From the sequence record OR941417.1: a stretch of DNA of 38,501 bases; one strand, written 5' to 3'. This stretch comes from Escherichia phage RCF. Positions within the stretch are counted from its first letter, which is position 1. Every line of letters begins with the position of its first letter. The notes under the pieces were generated by a model that saw nothing but the letters and a program-made list of their open reading frames with translations, ran no database searches and was not told where the DNA came from. Of the stretch, positions 8,723 to 19,788 are shown in pieces. The position numbers and the translations under genes are program-made.

Positions 8723-8743
8723 TTAACACTCACTAAAGGGATG
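8721..8743 (+). promoter_or_regulatory. phi4: T3-type phage RNAP promoter variant, AATTAACACTCACTAAAGGGATG
   Basis: Consensus match with CCC to CAC change at about -11 and an atypical +4 to +6. Confidence 0.7.
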
Positions 8744-8775
8744 ACATAACGTTGTCCCTTTGTTCGCACTATTGA

Positions 8776-10544
<1,769 letters not shown>

Positions 10545-10546
<2 letters not shown>

Positions 10547-10567
10547 TTAACCCTCACTAACGGGAAC
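10545..10567 (+). promoter_or_regulatory. phi4.3: T3-type phage RNAP promoter, AATTAACCCTCACTAACGGGAAC
   Basis: Consensus match. Confidence 0.85.
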
Positions 10568-10593
10568 AACCATTAAACCATAGGAGACACATC

Positions 10594-10806
10594 ATGTTTA
10601 AACTAATTAACGCTTTAGGTAAGCTGGTAGTTAAACTGTACTTCATCGAAGCCAAGAAGCTGGACAAGAAGGCCAAAGCTGATTCACAGCGAGCCATTGA
10701 GTTGGCGAAACAGTCCCGTGAGAAATCCGATGCGGCTGTTAGTGGCATCCACAAGTCGGCAGCGATTGCAGCCAAAGCACAGTCCATGAGCAAATTCTTT
10801 GAGTAA
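10594..10806 (+). CDS. 4.3: Gene 4.3 protein
   Basis: MFKLINALGKLVVKLYFIEAKKL... ends SKFFE, like T7 gp4.3; follows a phage promoter. Confidence 0.75.
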   Translation: MFKLINALGKLVVKLYFIEAKKLDKKAKADSQRAIELAKQSREKSDAAVSGIHKSAAIAAKAQSMSKFFE

Positions 10807-10818
10807 GGAGCGCACACT

Positions 10819-11103
10819 ATGAGCAAGTCAATCACCCACGCAAACACCATCCGTCTTCCAGACACCGCTGACCAGTTCTCCCGCCGAGTACACATCAATG
10901 TGCGTGGTGAGAAGGTCACGATGGTCTACCGCTGGAAAGACCACAAGTCTCCGAAAGCACACACTCAACGCATGACCTTGGATGACAAGCAGGTCGGTCG
11001 CCTGATGGGTGCCCTGACTATGGCTGCTGACAAGGTGGTCGGTGATAACCGTGAGCGTCTGGTAGAGTTCGGCGCTGGTATGCAAGAGATTATCGAGAAG
11101 TGA
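10819..11103 (+). CDS. 4.5: Gene 4.5 protein
   Basis: 94-aa ORF in the syntenic position of T7 gp4.5, with an RNase III-type hairpin immediately downstream. Confidence 0.7.
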   Translation: MSKSITHANTIRLPDTADQFSRRVHINVRGEKVTMVYRWKDHKSPKAHTQRMTLDDKQVGRLMGALTMAADKVVGDNRERLVEFGAGMQEIIEK

Positions 11104-11104
11104 T

Positions 11105-11142
11105 AAACTCAAGGTCGCCCAAGGGTGGCCTTTATGATTATC
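11105..11142 (+). promoter_or_regulatory. RNase III-type processing hairpin (ACTCAAGGTCGCCCAAGGGTGGCCTTTATGATTATC)
   Basis: Same motif family, between genes 4.5 and 5. Confidence 0.65.
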
Positions 11143-11170
11143 ATTTATCCTGAAATGAAAGGAGGGCATT

Positions 11171-13285
11171 ATGCTCGTAAGTGACATTGAGGCCAACAAC
11201 CTCTTAGAGAAAGTCACCAAGTTTCACTGTGGCGTTATCTATGACTACCGTGATGGTGAGTATCATAGTTATCGTCCGGGCGACTTCGGGGCGTATCTGG
11301 ATGCGCTGGAAGCCGAGGTGAAGCGAGGTGGGCTTATTGTTTTCCATAACGGTCACAAGTATGACGTTCCGGCTTTAGAGAAACTCGCAAAGCTGCAACT
11401 CAATCGTGACTTCAAGTTACCCCGTGAGAATTGTATTGACACACTGGTGCTCTCGCGTTTACTTCATGCGAACCTTAAAGACACAGACATGGGGCTTCTT
11501 CGTTCCGGGAAACTACCCGGTCGTCGCTTCGGGTCTCACGCTCTTGAGGCATGGGGTTATCGCTTGGGCGAGATGAAGGGTGAATACAAGGACGACTTCA
11601 AGGCTATGCTGGAAGAGCAGGGCGAAGAATATGTTGAAGGTGCCGAGTGGGTTTCGTTCAACGAGCCGATGATGGCGTATAACGTTCAAGACGTTGTGGT
11701 CACTGTCAAGCTCTTAGAGAAATTCCTTACAGACCTCCACTACTTCCCTGCGGGTATGGACTTCACGAAGTACGATGCGGATTTATTCTGGCGTGAAGCT
11801 GGTGAGTCTGTGGATATTGAACATCGTGCAGCGTGGCTGTTAGCGAAGCAGGAGCGTAACGGCTTCCCGTTCAACACACAGGCCATTGAGGAACTTTATG
11901 TAGAACTGGCAGCGAAACGCGCCGAACTTCTGCGAAAGTTAACCGAAACGTTTGGCTCATGGTATCAACCGAAAGGTGGTAAGGAACTCTTCAAGCACCC
12001 ACGGACAGGCAAGCCGCTGCCGAGTTATCCTCGCGTGGTCTATCCGAAACAGGGTGGCGTGTACAAGAAGCCTCGTAATAAGGCACAGCGCGAAGGTCTT
12101 GAACCTTGCGACTTGGACACGCGGGATTACATGGAGGGTGCTCCGTACACTCCGGTCGAGTTCGTTACGTTCAAGCCAAGTAGCCGTGACCACATTCAGA
12201 AGAAACTACAGGAGGCCGGATGGGTGCCTGAGAAGTTCACCGAGAAGGGTGCGCCTGTGGTAGATGATGAGGTCTTGGAGCATGTACGAGTGGATGACCC
12301 TGAGAAGCAGGTGTGCATTGACTTGATTAAAGAGTACCTGATGATACAGAAGCGTATCGGTCAGGCGGCAGAAGGTGACAAAGCGTGGTTACGTTATGTT
12401 CAAGATGATGGTAAGATTCATGGAGCCGTTAACCCTAACGGTGCAGTTACTGGTCGTGCTACTCATAGTTTCCCAAACCTTGCACAAGTACCCGGCGTTC
12501 GTTCTCCTTACGGGGAGCAGTGTCGTAGCGCTTTTGGTGCTGAACATCATTTGGATGGGATTACTGGCAAGCCGTGGGTGCAAGCGGGGATAGACGCCAG
12601 TGGCTTAGAGTTGCGCTGTCTGGCACATTTCATGGCTCGTTTCGATAACGGAGAGTATGCGAATGAGATTCTCAACGGTGACATTCACACCAAGAACCAG
12701 AACGCTGCGGAACTCCCAACGCGAGACAACGCCAAGACCTTCATTTACGGGTTCCTTTACGGAGCAGGAGATGAGAAGATTGGTCAGATTGTTGGGGCCG
12801 GGAAGGAGCGCGGGAAGGAACTCAAGAAGAAATTCTTAGAGAACACCCCGGCTATTGCAGCGCTACGAGAAGCTATCCAACAGTCTCTCGTTAAGTCTTC
12901 CGCTTGGATTGGCGGTGAGCAGAAAGTACAGTGGAAACGCCGTTGGATTAAGGGTCTGGACGGTCGCAAGGTTCACGTCAGGTCTCCACACGCAGCGCTC
13001 AACACATTGTTGCAGTCTGCTGGTGCTCTGATTTGTAAGCTGTGGATTATCAAGACCGAAGAGATGCTCATTGAGAAAGGCTTGAAGCACGGCTGGGATG
13101 GTGACTTTGCGTACATGGCTTGGGTTCATGATGAGATTCAGGTGGCCTGCCGTACAGAGCACATCGCTCAGATTGTTATTGACACCGCGCAGGAAGCTAT
13201 GCGTTGGGTCGGAGAGCATTGGGCTTTCCGTTGTCGTTTAGATACCGAAGGTAAGATGGGGCCGAATTGGGCTGTCTGCCACTAA
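11171..13285 (+). CDS. 5: DNA polymerase (family A, with 3'-5' exonuclease and thioredoxin-binding region)
   Basis: 704 aa, highly similar along its length to T7 DNA polymerase (VSDIEAN, HNGHKYDVPAL, KLPGRRFGSHALEAWG, ...HDEIQV, MGPNWAVCH). Confidence 0.98.
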   Translation: MLVSDIEANNLLEKVTKFHCGVIYDYRDGEYHSYRPGDFGAYLDALEAEVKRGGLIVFHNGHKYDVPALEKLAKLQLNRDFKLPRENCIDTLVLSRLLHANLKDTDMGLLRSGKLPGRRFGSHALEAWGYRLGEMKGEYKDDFKAMLEEQGEEYVEGAEWVSFNEPMMAYNVQDVVVTVKLLEKFLTDLHYFPAGMDFTKYDADLFWREAGESVDIEHRAAWLLAKQERNGFPFNTQAIEELYVELAAKRAELLRKLTETFGSWYQPKGGKELFKHPRTGKPLPSYPRVVYPKQGGVYKKPRNKAQREGLEPCDLDTRDYMEGAPYTPVEFVTFKPSSRDHIQKKLQEAGWVPEKFTEKGAPVVDDEVLEHVRVDDPEKQVCIDLIKEYLMIQKRIGQAAEGDKAWLRYVQDDGKIHGAVNPNGAVTGRATHSFPNLAQVPGVRSPYGEQCRSAFGAEHHLDGITGKPWVQAGIDASGLELRCLAHFMARFDNGEYANEILNGDIHTKNQNAAELPTRDNAKTFIYGFLYGAGDEKIGQIVGAGKERGKELKKKFLENTPAIAALREAIQQSLVKSSAWIGGEQKVQWKRRWIKGLDGRKVHVRSPHAALNTLLQSAGALICKLWIIKTEEMLIEKGLKHGWDGDFAYMAWVHDEIQVACRTEHIAQIVIDTAQEAMRWVGEHWAFRCRLDTEGKMGPNWAVCH

Positions 13286-13301
13286 CAGTAGGAGAAACAT
13301 T

Positions 13302-13604
13302 ATGGCAATGACAAAACACTTTAAAGTAACCTTCGACGTTACCGCTGTGATTGACAGTGAATCCGAGAAGAATCTGAACGAGTTGCTGGTAGACCTAGCT
13401 AAGAAGGCTGGGGCTGGCGAGAAGCTGAATCCGTTCAAACAAGAACTGCTTATTCAAGGTCTGACACACGGGCCGGAAGGTGCTGCTGCGTTCTGCATCA
13501 AGCAGGGTCTTCGTGAGTTTATCCGCGATGGTCACAGTGAGTTAAGCTCTACCGAGCAGAAGCTGATGAGATTCTCACCTGCAACTGTGCGGGAGGTGTT
13601 CTAA
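13302..13604 (+). CDS. 5.5: Gene 5.5 protein (H-NS-binding protein in T7)
   Basis: MAMTKHFKVTFDVTA...SPATVREVF resembles T7 gp5.5. No gene 5.3 homologue sits between gene 5 and this ORF. Confidence 0.8.
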   Translation: MAMTKHFKVTFDVTAVIDSESEKNLNELLVDLAKKAGAGEKLNPFKQELLIQGLTHGPEGAAAFCIKQGLREFIRDGHSELSSTEQKLMRFSPATVREVF

Positions 13605-13813
13605 TGAGTGAATACCTGAAAGTGCTGGCAGCTATCAAAGGCTGCCCTAAGTCCTTTCAGTCGAACTATGTGCGAAACAATGCGGCTCTCGTAGCTGAGG
13701 CCGCTTCTCGTGGACACATTAGCTGTTTGACTGTGGGCGGTCGCAATGGTGGAGCATGGGAGGTCACAGCCTCTGGTGTGCGCTTCCTGAAACGAATGGG
13801 AGGTTGCGTATGA
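13604..13813 (+). CDS. 5.7: Gene 5.7 protein
   Basis: 69 aa, near-identical in pattern to T7 gp5.7 (MSEYL.VLAAIK.CPK.FQSNYVRNNA.LVAEAASRGHISCL...RFLKRMGGCV). Confidence 0.85.
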   Translation: MSEYLKVLAAIKGCPKSFQSNYVRNNAALVAEAASRGHISCLTVGGRNGGAWEVTASGVRFLKRMGGCV

Positions 13814-13992
13814 TTATGCCAAAGAGTGACACCGTAACGATGACCCGTGATGCGTGGAACGATGTTAGCGCGTACATTGATAAGCTGGAGAAAGACCTAG
13901 AGTTACTGAATGCGCTTAAGGCGTGTGGTGTGGATAATTGGGACGGATACTCTGATGCAGTCGAAATGGTTTACGGGGAGGACGACGAATGA
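13810..13992 (+). CDS. 5.9: Gene 5.9 protein (RecBCD inhibitor in T7)
   Basis: MIMPKSDTVTMTRDAWNDVSAYIDKLEKD... resembles T7 gp5.9 (MSRDLVTIPRDVWNDIQGYIDSLERE...). ATG overlaps the 5.7 stop; track start 13756 is upstream in-frame. Confidence 0.7.
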   Translation: MIMPKSDTVTMTRDAWNDVSAYIDKLEKDLELLNALKACGVDNWDGYSDAVEMVYGEDDE

Positions 13993-14903
13993 GCCTAATC
14001 ACATTGAAAGACTTCGCGGAGATGCGTGAAGGTAAGCCTGTGGAGAAGGGCGTGCTGGTCATGGATGGTGACTGGCTTGTGTATCAGTCGATGGCTGCTG
14101 CCGAAGTTGAGACGGATTGGGGTGATGACATTTGGACTCTTGAGTGTGACCACGCCAAGGCACGGAGCATTCTCGATTCTGCAATCGAATCATACCGAAC
14201 CCGCAAGAAGGCGTGGCGTGACGCTACGGTAGTTCTGGCGTTTACCGATGATGTTAACTGGCGTAAGGTGCTGGTCGATGAGACCTATAAGGAGAACCGC
14301 AAGGCGACCCGTAAACCTGTGGGCTACCGTGACTTCTTAGCGAAGCTGTGGGAGCGCGATGAGTTCATTCACATCAAAGAGGACATGCTGGAAGGGGATG
14401 ACGTTATGGGCATCATTGGGTCTGGTCACGAGGTCTTCGGCTTCAAGAAGGCTGTGTTGGTCTCCTGTGACAAGGACTTCAAGACTATCCCGGACGTTGA
14501 CTTCCTGTGGTGTACCACTGGCAACATCTTGACGCAGACCAAAGAGACCGCTGATTGGTGGCATCTCTTCCAGACTATCAAAGGTGATATGACCGATGGC
14601 TACTCCGGGATTCCCGGCTGGGGCGATACGGCAGAAGGTTTCCTGAATGACCCGTTCATTGTGGAGCCTGTAGAGTCCGTGTTGAAGTCCGGCAAGAACA
14701 AGGGACAGACAGTAACCAAGTGGGTGAAGCGTGCTCCTGATGCGACTGAGACGCTGTGGGACTGCATTAAATCCATTGGTGCCAAAGCTGGGATGACCGA
14801 GCAGGAAATCATCAAGCAAGGCCAGATGGCTCGCATTCTTCGCTTCGAGGAATACAATTACATTGACAAGGAGATTTACCTATGGACGCCGCAAAGTACA
14901 TAA
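13989..14903 (+). CDS. 6: 5'-3' exonuclease
   Basis: 304 aa collinear with T7 gp6 ([63 protein letters not shown]). Confidence 0.95.
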   Translation: MSLITLKDFAEMREGKPVEKGVLVMDGDWLVYQSMAAAEVETDWGDDIWTLECDHAKARSILDSAIESYRTRKKAWRDATVVLAFTDDVNWRKVLVDETYKENRKATRKPVGYRDFLAKLWERDEFIHIKEDMLEGDDVMGIIGSGHEVFGFKKAVLVSCDKDFKTIPDVDFLWCTTGNILTQTKETADWWHLFQTIKGDMTDGYSGIPGWGDTAEGFLNDPFIVEPVESVLKSGKNKGQTVTKWVKRAPDATETLWDCIKSIGAKAGMTEQEIIKQGQMARILRFEEYNYIDKEIYLWTPQST

Positions 14904-14995
14904 CCATCGCTGTGCTGGTAGGTATGCTGGCGAGAGGTCTCTGGATGTTCGCTCTCATAGTCCGAGACGTGAAGCGAGACTCCGAGATTAAGTGA
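14882..14995 (+). CDS. Gene 6.3-like hydrophobic micro-protein (37 aa, [37 protein letters not shown])
   Basis: Not in the ORF track. Overlaps the gene 6 end in another frame and stops just before the R6.5 hairpin/promoter; one predicted TM helix. Confidence 0.4.
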   Translation: MDAAKYITIAVLVGMLARGLWMFALIVRDVKRDSEIK

Positions 14996-14997
14996 TA

Positions 14998-15055
14998 AAC
15001 TCAAGGCTCTCTGTATTAACCCTCACTAAAGGGAAGAGGGAGCCTTTATGATTAT
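14998..15055 (+). promoter_or_regulatory. RNase III-type processing hairpin with a phage promoter in the loop (CTCAAGGCTCTC...GAGGGAGCCTTTATGATTATT)
   Basis: Same motif family; the arms flank the promoter at 15014..15036. Confidence 0.65.
15014..15036 (+). promoter_or_regulatory. phi6.5: T3-type phage RNAP promoter embedded in the loop of an RNase III hairpin, TATTAACCCTCACTAAAGGGAAG
   Basis: Consensus match; same arrangement as T7 phi6.5/R6.5. Confidence 0.85.
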
Positions 15056-15087
15056 TACTTTAAGACTTAACCTTAAGAGGTGAAATT

Positions 15088-15333
15088 ATGTTACAACCAA
15101 TTAATCATGTTTTAACTCATCCCGATGATATTCCTAGTATGCCTCGTGCAGCTAAAGAGTATCTACAGGTGCGCTTCAATCAGACCTATGTGATGGAGTC
15201 CGGGGAGTACCGTGCGCTACGCGCTGCTGGATACTCTGAGTCTTTCATTGCGGGTGTGATGCATGGTCTGTACCTTGCCTCTCGAACACTTGATGAGATT
15301 GAGGTGCGTAAAGAGCAACTGAGACAGGAGTAA
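15088..15333 (+). CDS. 6.5: Gene 6.5 protein
   Basis: 81-aa ORF after a phage promoter, syntenic with T7 6.5. Confidence 0.7.
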   Translation: MLQPINHVLTHPDDIPSMPRAAKEYLQVRFNQTYVMESGEYRALRAAGYSESFIAGVMHGLYLASRTLDEIEVRKEQLRQE

Positions 15334-15337
15334 TTAT

Positions 15338-15589
15338 ATGTGCTGGAAACCGAAGGTGAAAGTCCCTAAGATGGACACTAACCAGATTCGCGCTGCCGAA
15401 CCAGCACCTTTGACTGAGCCACCGAAATCTGTGGTATGGGGAGGCGATGACGATGAGGACACAAGCGTGTCTTCCTCTGAGGTGCCAACCTCACCGAGCA
15501 GCGGTAAGAGCAGTCTCAAGGTAAAGCTGGATGACAACGCAGCCAAGAACAAGAGTAAATCCTCCATTCGCTCCAAGGCGTTTGGGTAA
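15338..15589 (+). CDS. 6.7: Gene 6.7 virion protein
   Basis: MCWKPKVKVPKMDTNQIRA... matches the T7 gp6.7 N-terminus. Confidence 0.75.
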   Translation: MCWKPKVKVPKMDTNQIRAAEPAPLTEPPKSVVWGGDDDEDTSVSSSEVPTSPSSGKSSLKVKLDDNAAKNKSKSSIRSKAFG

Positions 15590-15616
15590 CTGTAACATAA
15601 CATAGGGAGAAACATC

Positions 15617-15937
15617 ATGGGATTCTTCAAGAAAATCAAGAAGGCCGTTAAGAAAGTCGTGAAGGAAGTTACCAAACCAGTCGAGAAGGCAGGCAAGGAA
15701 GTCGGTAAAGCCGTTGGCGGTGCGCTTGGTGCAGGTAAGCAGGAGATTATCCAACAAGAGGCTCCAGTACCAGTAGTGACTGCGCCACCTCCAGCACAGG
15801 TTGTAGACGTACCTGAACAGGATAAGGCTGAGGGTGAGGATGAGGCACAAACCGAAAGCGCACGTAAGAAAGCACGCGCTGGCGGTAAGAAGTCTCTGAG
15901 TGTAGCCCGTAGCTCCGGCGGTGGCATCAACATCTAA
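15617..15937 (+). CDS. 7.3: Gene 7.3 tail-associated protein
   Basis: C-terminus TESARKKARAGGKKSLSVARSSGGGINI matches T7 gp7.3. No gene 7 homologue lies upstream. Confidence 0.8.
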   Translation: MGFFKKIKKAVKKVVKEVTKPVEKAGKEVGKAVGGALGAGKQEIIQQEAPVPVVTAPPPAQVVDVPEQDKAEGEDEAQTESARKKARAGGKKSLSVARSSGGGINI

Positions 15938-15947
15938 GGAGGACTGA

Positions 15948-17555
15948 ATGGCTGATTCAAAACGTACAGGATTGGGCGAAGACGGCGCTAAAGCTACCTA
16001 TGACCGCCTAACGAACGACCGTAGAGCCTATGAGACTCGTGCGGAAAACTGTGCGCAATACACCATTCCGTCCTTGTTCCCGAAGGAGTCCGATAACGAA
16101 TCTACCGACTACACGACTCCGTGGCAGGCTGTAGGTGCGCGGGGTCTTAACAATCTGGCCTCTAAGTTAATGCTTGCGTTATTCCCGATGCAGTCGTGGA
16201 TGAAGCTGACCATTAGCGAATATGAGGCGAAGCAGCTTGTTGGAGACCCTGATGGACTCGCTAAGGTGGACGAAGGTCTGTCTATGGTTGAGCGTATTAT
16301 CATGAATTATATCGAATCCAACAGCTACCGTGTGACACTCTTTGAGTGCCTCAAGCAGTTGATAGTGGCAGGTAATGCACTGCTTTACTTACCGGAACCC
16401 GAAGGTAGCTACAATCCGATGAAGCTGTACCGATTGTCTTCTTATGTTGTCCAAAGAGACGCATACGGCAATGTGTTACAGATTGTCACTCGTGACCAGA
16501 TAGCCTTTGGTGCTCTCCCGGAAGACGTTCGGTCTGCGGTAGAGAAAGCTGGTGGTGAGAAGAAGATGGACGAAATGGTCGATGTGTACACCCATGTGTA
16601 TCTCGATGAAGAGTCCGGCGATTACCTCAAGTACGAGGAAGTAGAGGACGTTGAGATTGATGGCTCCGATGCCACCTATCCGACTGACGCTATGCCCTAC
16701 ATTCCGGTTCGCATGGTTCGCATTGATGGCGAGTCTTACGGTCGCTCCTACTGTGAAGAATACTTAGGTGACTTAAGGTCGCTTGAGAATCTCCAAGAGG
16801 CTATCGTCAAGATGAGCATGATTAGCGCTAAGGTCATCGGTCTGGTTAACCCGGCTGGCATTACGCAGCCCCGTAGATTAACCAAAGCTCAGACTGGTGA
16901 CTTCGTTCCCGGTCGTAGAGAAGACATTGACTTCCTGCAACTGGAGAAGCAAGCTGACTTTACCGTAGCGAAAGCTGTGAGTGACCAGATAGAAGCACGC
17001 TTATCGTATGCCTTTATGTTGAACTCTGCGGTACAGCGCACAGGTGAACGTGTGACCGCCGAAGAAATTCGATACGTTGCGTCAGAACTGGAAGATACGC
17101 TTGGTGGCGTCTATTCGATTCTGTCTCAAGAACTGCAATTGCCTCTGGTTCGTGTGCTCTTGAAGCAACTCCAAGCAACCTCGCAGATTCCTGAGCTACC
17201 GAAAGAAGCCGTTGAGCCTACTATCAGTACAGGTCTGGAAGCAATCGGGCGTGGTCAAGACCTCGATAAGCTGGAGCGCTGTATCTCCGCTTGGGCTGCT
17301 CTGGCTCCTATGCAGGGAGACCCGGACATTAACCTTGCCGTCATTAAGCTGCGCATTGCTAACGCCATTGGTATTGATACTTCTGGTATCCTACTTACGG
17401 ACGAGCAGAAGCAAGCCCTGATGATGCAGGATGCAGCACAAACAGGTATCGAGAACGCTGCCGCCGCTGGTGGGGCTGGTGTGGGTGCTCTAGCGACCTC
17501 AAGTCCAGAGGCTATGCAGGGTGCAGCAGCACAGGCTGGCCTAGACGCCACCTAA
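15948..17555 (+). CDS. 8: Portal (head-tail connector) protein
   Basis: 535 aa collinear with T7 gp8; GGAGG RBS. Confidence 0.97.
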   Translation: MADSKRTGLGEDGAKATYDRLTNDRRAYETRAENCAQYTIPSLFPKESDNESTDYTTPWQAVGARGLNNLASKLMLALFPMQSWMKLTISEYEAKQLVGDPDGLAKVDEGLSMVERIIMNYIESNSYRVTLFECLKQLIVAGNALLYLPEPEGSYNPMKLYRLSSYVVQRDAYGNVLQIVTRDQIAFGALPEDVRSAVEKAGGEKKMDEMVDVYTHVYLDEESGDYLKYEEVEDVEIDGSDATYPTDAMPYIPVRMVRIDGESYGRSYCEEYLGDLRSLENLQEAIVKMSMISAKVIGLVNPAGITQPRRLTKAQTGDFVPGRREDIDFLQLEKQADFTVAKAVSDQIEARLSYAFMLNSAVQRTGERVTAEEIRYVASELEDTLGGVYSILSQELQLPLVRVLLKQLQATSQIPELPKEAVEPTISTGLEAIGRGQDLDKLERCISAWAALAPMQGDPDINLAVIKLRIANAIGIDTSGILLTDEQKQALMMQDAAQTGIENAAAAGGAGVGALATSSPEAMQGAAAQAGLDAT

Positions 17556-17577
17556 TAACCCTCACTAAAGGGAGACC
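17554..17577 (+). promoter_or_regulatory. phi9: T3-type phage RNAP promoter, AATAACCCTCACTAAAGGGAGAC
   Basis: Consensus match overlapping the gene 8 stop. Confidence 0.85.
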
Positions 17578-17655
17578 TCATCTTTGAAATGAGCGATGAC
17601 TAAAGGTTGGAGTCCTTGGTTTCCCTTTATCTTTAACAACTTAGGAGATTTAACA

Positions 17656-18588
17656 ATGGCTGAATCTAATGCAGACGTTTATGCGTCCTTCGGTGTGAAC
17701 AACGCGGTAATGACCGGAAGTACACCTACTGAACACGAACAGAATATGCTGAGTCTCGATGTTGCTGCCCGTGATGGCGATGATGCAATCGTACTTAGCG
17801 AGGAACCGAGTTCTCATAACGATGACCCTTATGCGGCTGGTGAAGACCCATTCGCTAATGAGGAAGACGATGAGGGCCGCATTCAGGTTCGTATCAGCGA
17901 AGATGGTAGTGAAGCCGAGTTCGACACTGGTAGCGATAACGCTGAGGTGGAGACCGAAGGTGAAGCCGCTGAGTTTGAGCCGCTGGGTGACACTCCAGAA
18001 GAACTGAGCCAAGTGACTGAACAATTAGGTCAGCACGAAGAAGGCTTTCAGGCGATGGTCGAGCAGGCCGTTGAGCGTGGACTGAGCGCAGAGTCTGTGA
18101 CTCGCATCTACGAAGAGTACGAAGCCGATGGTATCTCTGAGAAATCCTACGCGGAACTCGAAGCTGCTGGCTATAGTCGTGCCTTTGTGGACTCCTACAT
18201 CTCCGGTCAGGAAGCCCTTGTAGACCAGTACGTCAATCAGGTAGTTGCCTTTGCTGGTGGTAAGGAGCGCTTTAGCGCAATCCATACGCACCTTGAAGCA
18301 ACCAACCCGGCTGCGGCTGAGTCCCTTGAGGCTGCCATGATGAACCGAGACTTGGCGACTATCAAAGCGATTATCAATCTGGCTGGTGAGAGCTACACGA
18401 AGAAATTCGGTAAGCCTGCCAACCGTAGTGTGACCAAGCGTGCTACTCCGGTTAAACCTGTAGCTCGTCAGAAAGAGGGCTTTACGAATCAGGCTGAGAT
18501 GATTAAAGCTATGAGTGACCCGCGTTACCGTAGTGATGCTGCCTACCGTCAAATGGTAGAACAGAAGGTTATCGACTCCAGTTTCTAA
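17656..18588 (+). CDS. 9: Capsid assembly (scaffolding) protein
   Basis: Acidic 310-aa protein in the T7 gp9 position. True start is ATG 17656 after AGGAGA; track start 17596 overlaps the promoter. Confidence 0.9.
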   Translation: MAESNADVYASFGVNNAVMTGSTPTEHEQNMLSLDVAARDGDDAIVLSEEPSSHNDDPYAAGEDPFANEEDDEGRIQVRISEDGSEAEFDTGSDNAEVETEGEAAEFEPLGDTPEELSQVTEQLGQHEEGFQAMVEQAVERGLSAESVTRIYEEYEADGISEKSYAELEAAGYSRAFVDSYISGQEALVDQYVNQVVAFAGGKERFSAIHTHLEATNPAAAESLEAAMMNRDLATIKAIINLAGESYTKKFGKPANRSVTKRATPVKPVARQKEGFTNQAEMIKAMSDPRYRSDAAYRQMVEQKVIDSSF

Positions 18589-18610
18589 TTAACCCTCACT
18601 AAAGGGAGAG
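18587..18610 (+). promoter_or_regulatory. phi10: T3-type phage RNAP promoter, AATTAACCCTCACTAAAGGGAGAG (capsid gene promoter)
   Basis: Perfect consensus match upstream of gene 10. Confidence 0.9.
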
Positions 18611-18744
18611 ACCATAGATGACTACAATGGTTGAATCACCTGAGCACAGAACTTTGTGGTCACTCCCGTAGGTGAAACATTGAGAACCAACTCGATTCAA
18701 GTAGTAACCAAACTTTTCTTTAAATCAACATAAGGAGATTCAAC

Positions 18745-19788
18745 ATGGCTAACATTCAAGGCGGACAGCAAATTGGTACTAATCAGGGTAAGGGTCAGTC
18801 CGCAGCGGACAAATTGGCGCTGTTCCTGAAAGTGTTCGGCGGTGAAGTCCTGACGGCTTTCGCTCGCACCTCCGTGACCATGCCTCGTCACATGCTGCGC
18901 TCTATTGCTTCTGGTAAGTCCGCACAGTTCCCTGTGATTGGTCGCACCAAAGCTGCTTACCTGAAACCGGGTGAGAACCTCGATGACAAACGTAAGGATA
19001 TCAAACACACCGAGAAGGTAATCCACATTGATGGGCTGCTGACTGCGGACGTTCTGATTTACGACATTGAGGACGCGATGAACCACTATGACGTTCGCGC
19101 CGAGTACACCGCACAGTTGGGTGAATCTCTGGCGATGGCAGCGGATGGTGCTGTTCTGGCTGAACTGGCTGGTCTGGTTAACCTGCCTGACGCCTCCAAT
19201 GAGAACATTGAGGGTCTCGGTAAGCCGACCGTTCTGGAACTCGTTAAGCCGACCTCTGGCGACCTGACTGACCCGGTTGAGCTGGGTAAAGCGATTATCG
19301 CTCAGTTGACCGTTGCTCGTGCGGCTCTGACCAAGAACTACGTTCCGGCTGCTGACCGTACTTTCTACACCACTCCTGATAACTACTCCGCGATTCTGGC
19401 TGCTCTGATGCCGAACGCTGCAAACTATCAGGCACTGATTGACCCTGAGCGCGGTACTATCCGTAACGTGATGGGCTTCGAAGTGGTTGAGGTTCCGCAC
19501 CTGACTGCTGGTGGTGCTGGTGATGACCGTGAGGACACTCCGGCTGGCCAGAAGCACGCTTTCCCGGCGACTTCCAGCACTACCGTTAAGGTTGCTCTGG
19601 ATAACGTTGTTGGCCTGTTCCAGCACCGCTCTGCGGTTGGTACGGTCAAGCTGAAAGACTTGGCTCTGGAGCGCGCTCGTCGTGCGAACTATCAGGCTGA
19701 CCAGATTATCGCTAAGTACGCGATGGGTCACGGCGGTCTGCGTCCAGAAGCTGCTGGCGCTATCGTTCTCCCAAAGGTGTCGGAGTAA
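18745..19788 (+). CDS. 10A: Major capsid protein 10A
   Basis: 347 aa, highly similar to T7 gp10A ([77 protein letters not shown]). Preceded by a long 5' UTR and AAGGAGA RBS. Confidence 0.97.
   Translation: MANIQGGQQIGTNQGKGQSAADKLALFLKVFGGEVLTAFARTSVTMPRHMLRSIASGKSAQFPVIGRTKAAYLKPGENLDDKRKDIKHTEKVIHIDGLLTADVLIYDIEDAMNHYDVRAEYTAQLGESLAMAADGAVLAELAGLVNLPDASNENIEGLGKPTVLELVKPTSGDLTDPVELGKAIIAQLTVARAALTKNYVPAADRTFYTTPDNYSAILAALMPNAANYQALIDPERGTIRNVMGFEVVEVPHLTAGGAGDDREDTPAGQKHAFPATSSTTVKVALDNVVGLFQHRSAVGTVKLKDLALERARRANYQADQIIAKYAMGHGGLRPEAAGAIVLPKVSE

Noticed and set aside
15334-15933. 199-aa and 119-aa minus-strand ORFs
   Set aside because: Antisense to genes 6.7 and 7.3 (Lys/Ala-rich sense codons give open antisense frames); no start context; artefact.
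18697-19731. 344-aa ORF on the minus strand
   Set aside because: Exactly antisense to the major capsid gene 10A, with a Val/Arg/Ser-rich low-complexity product; artefact of an open antisense frame.
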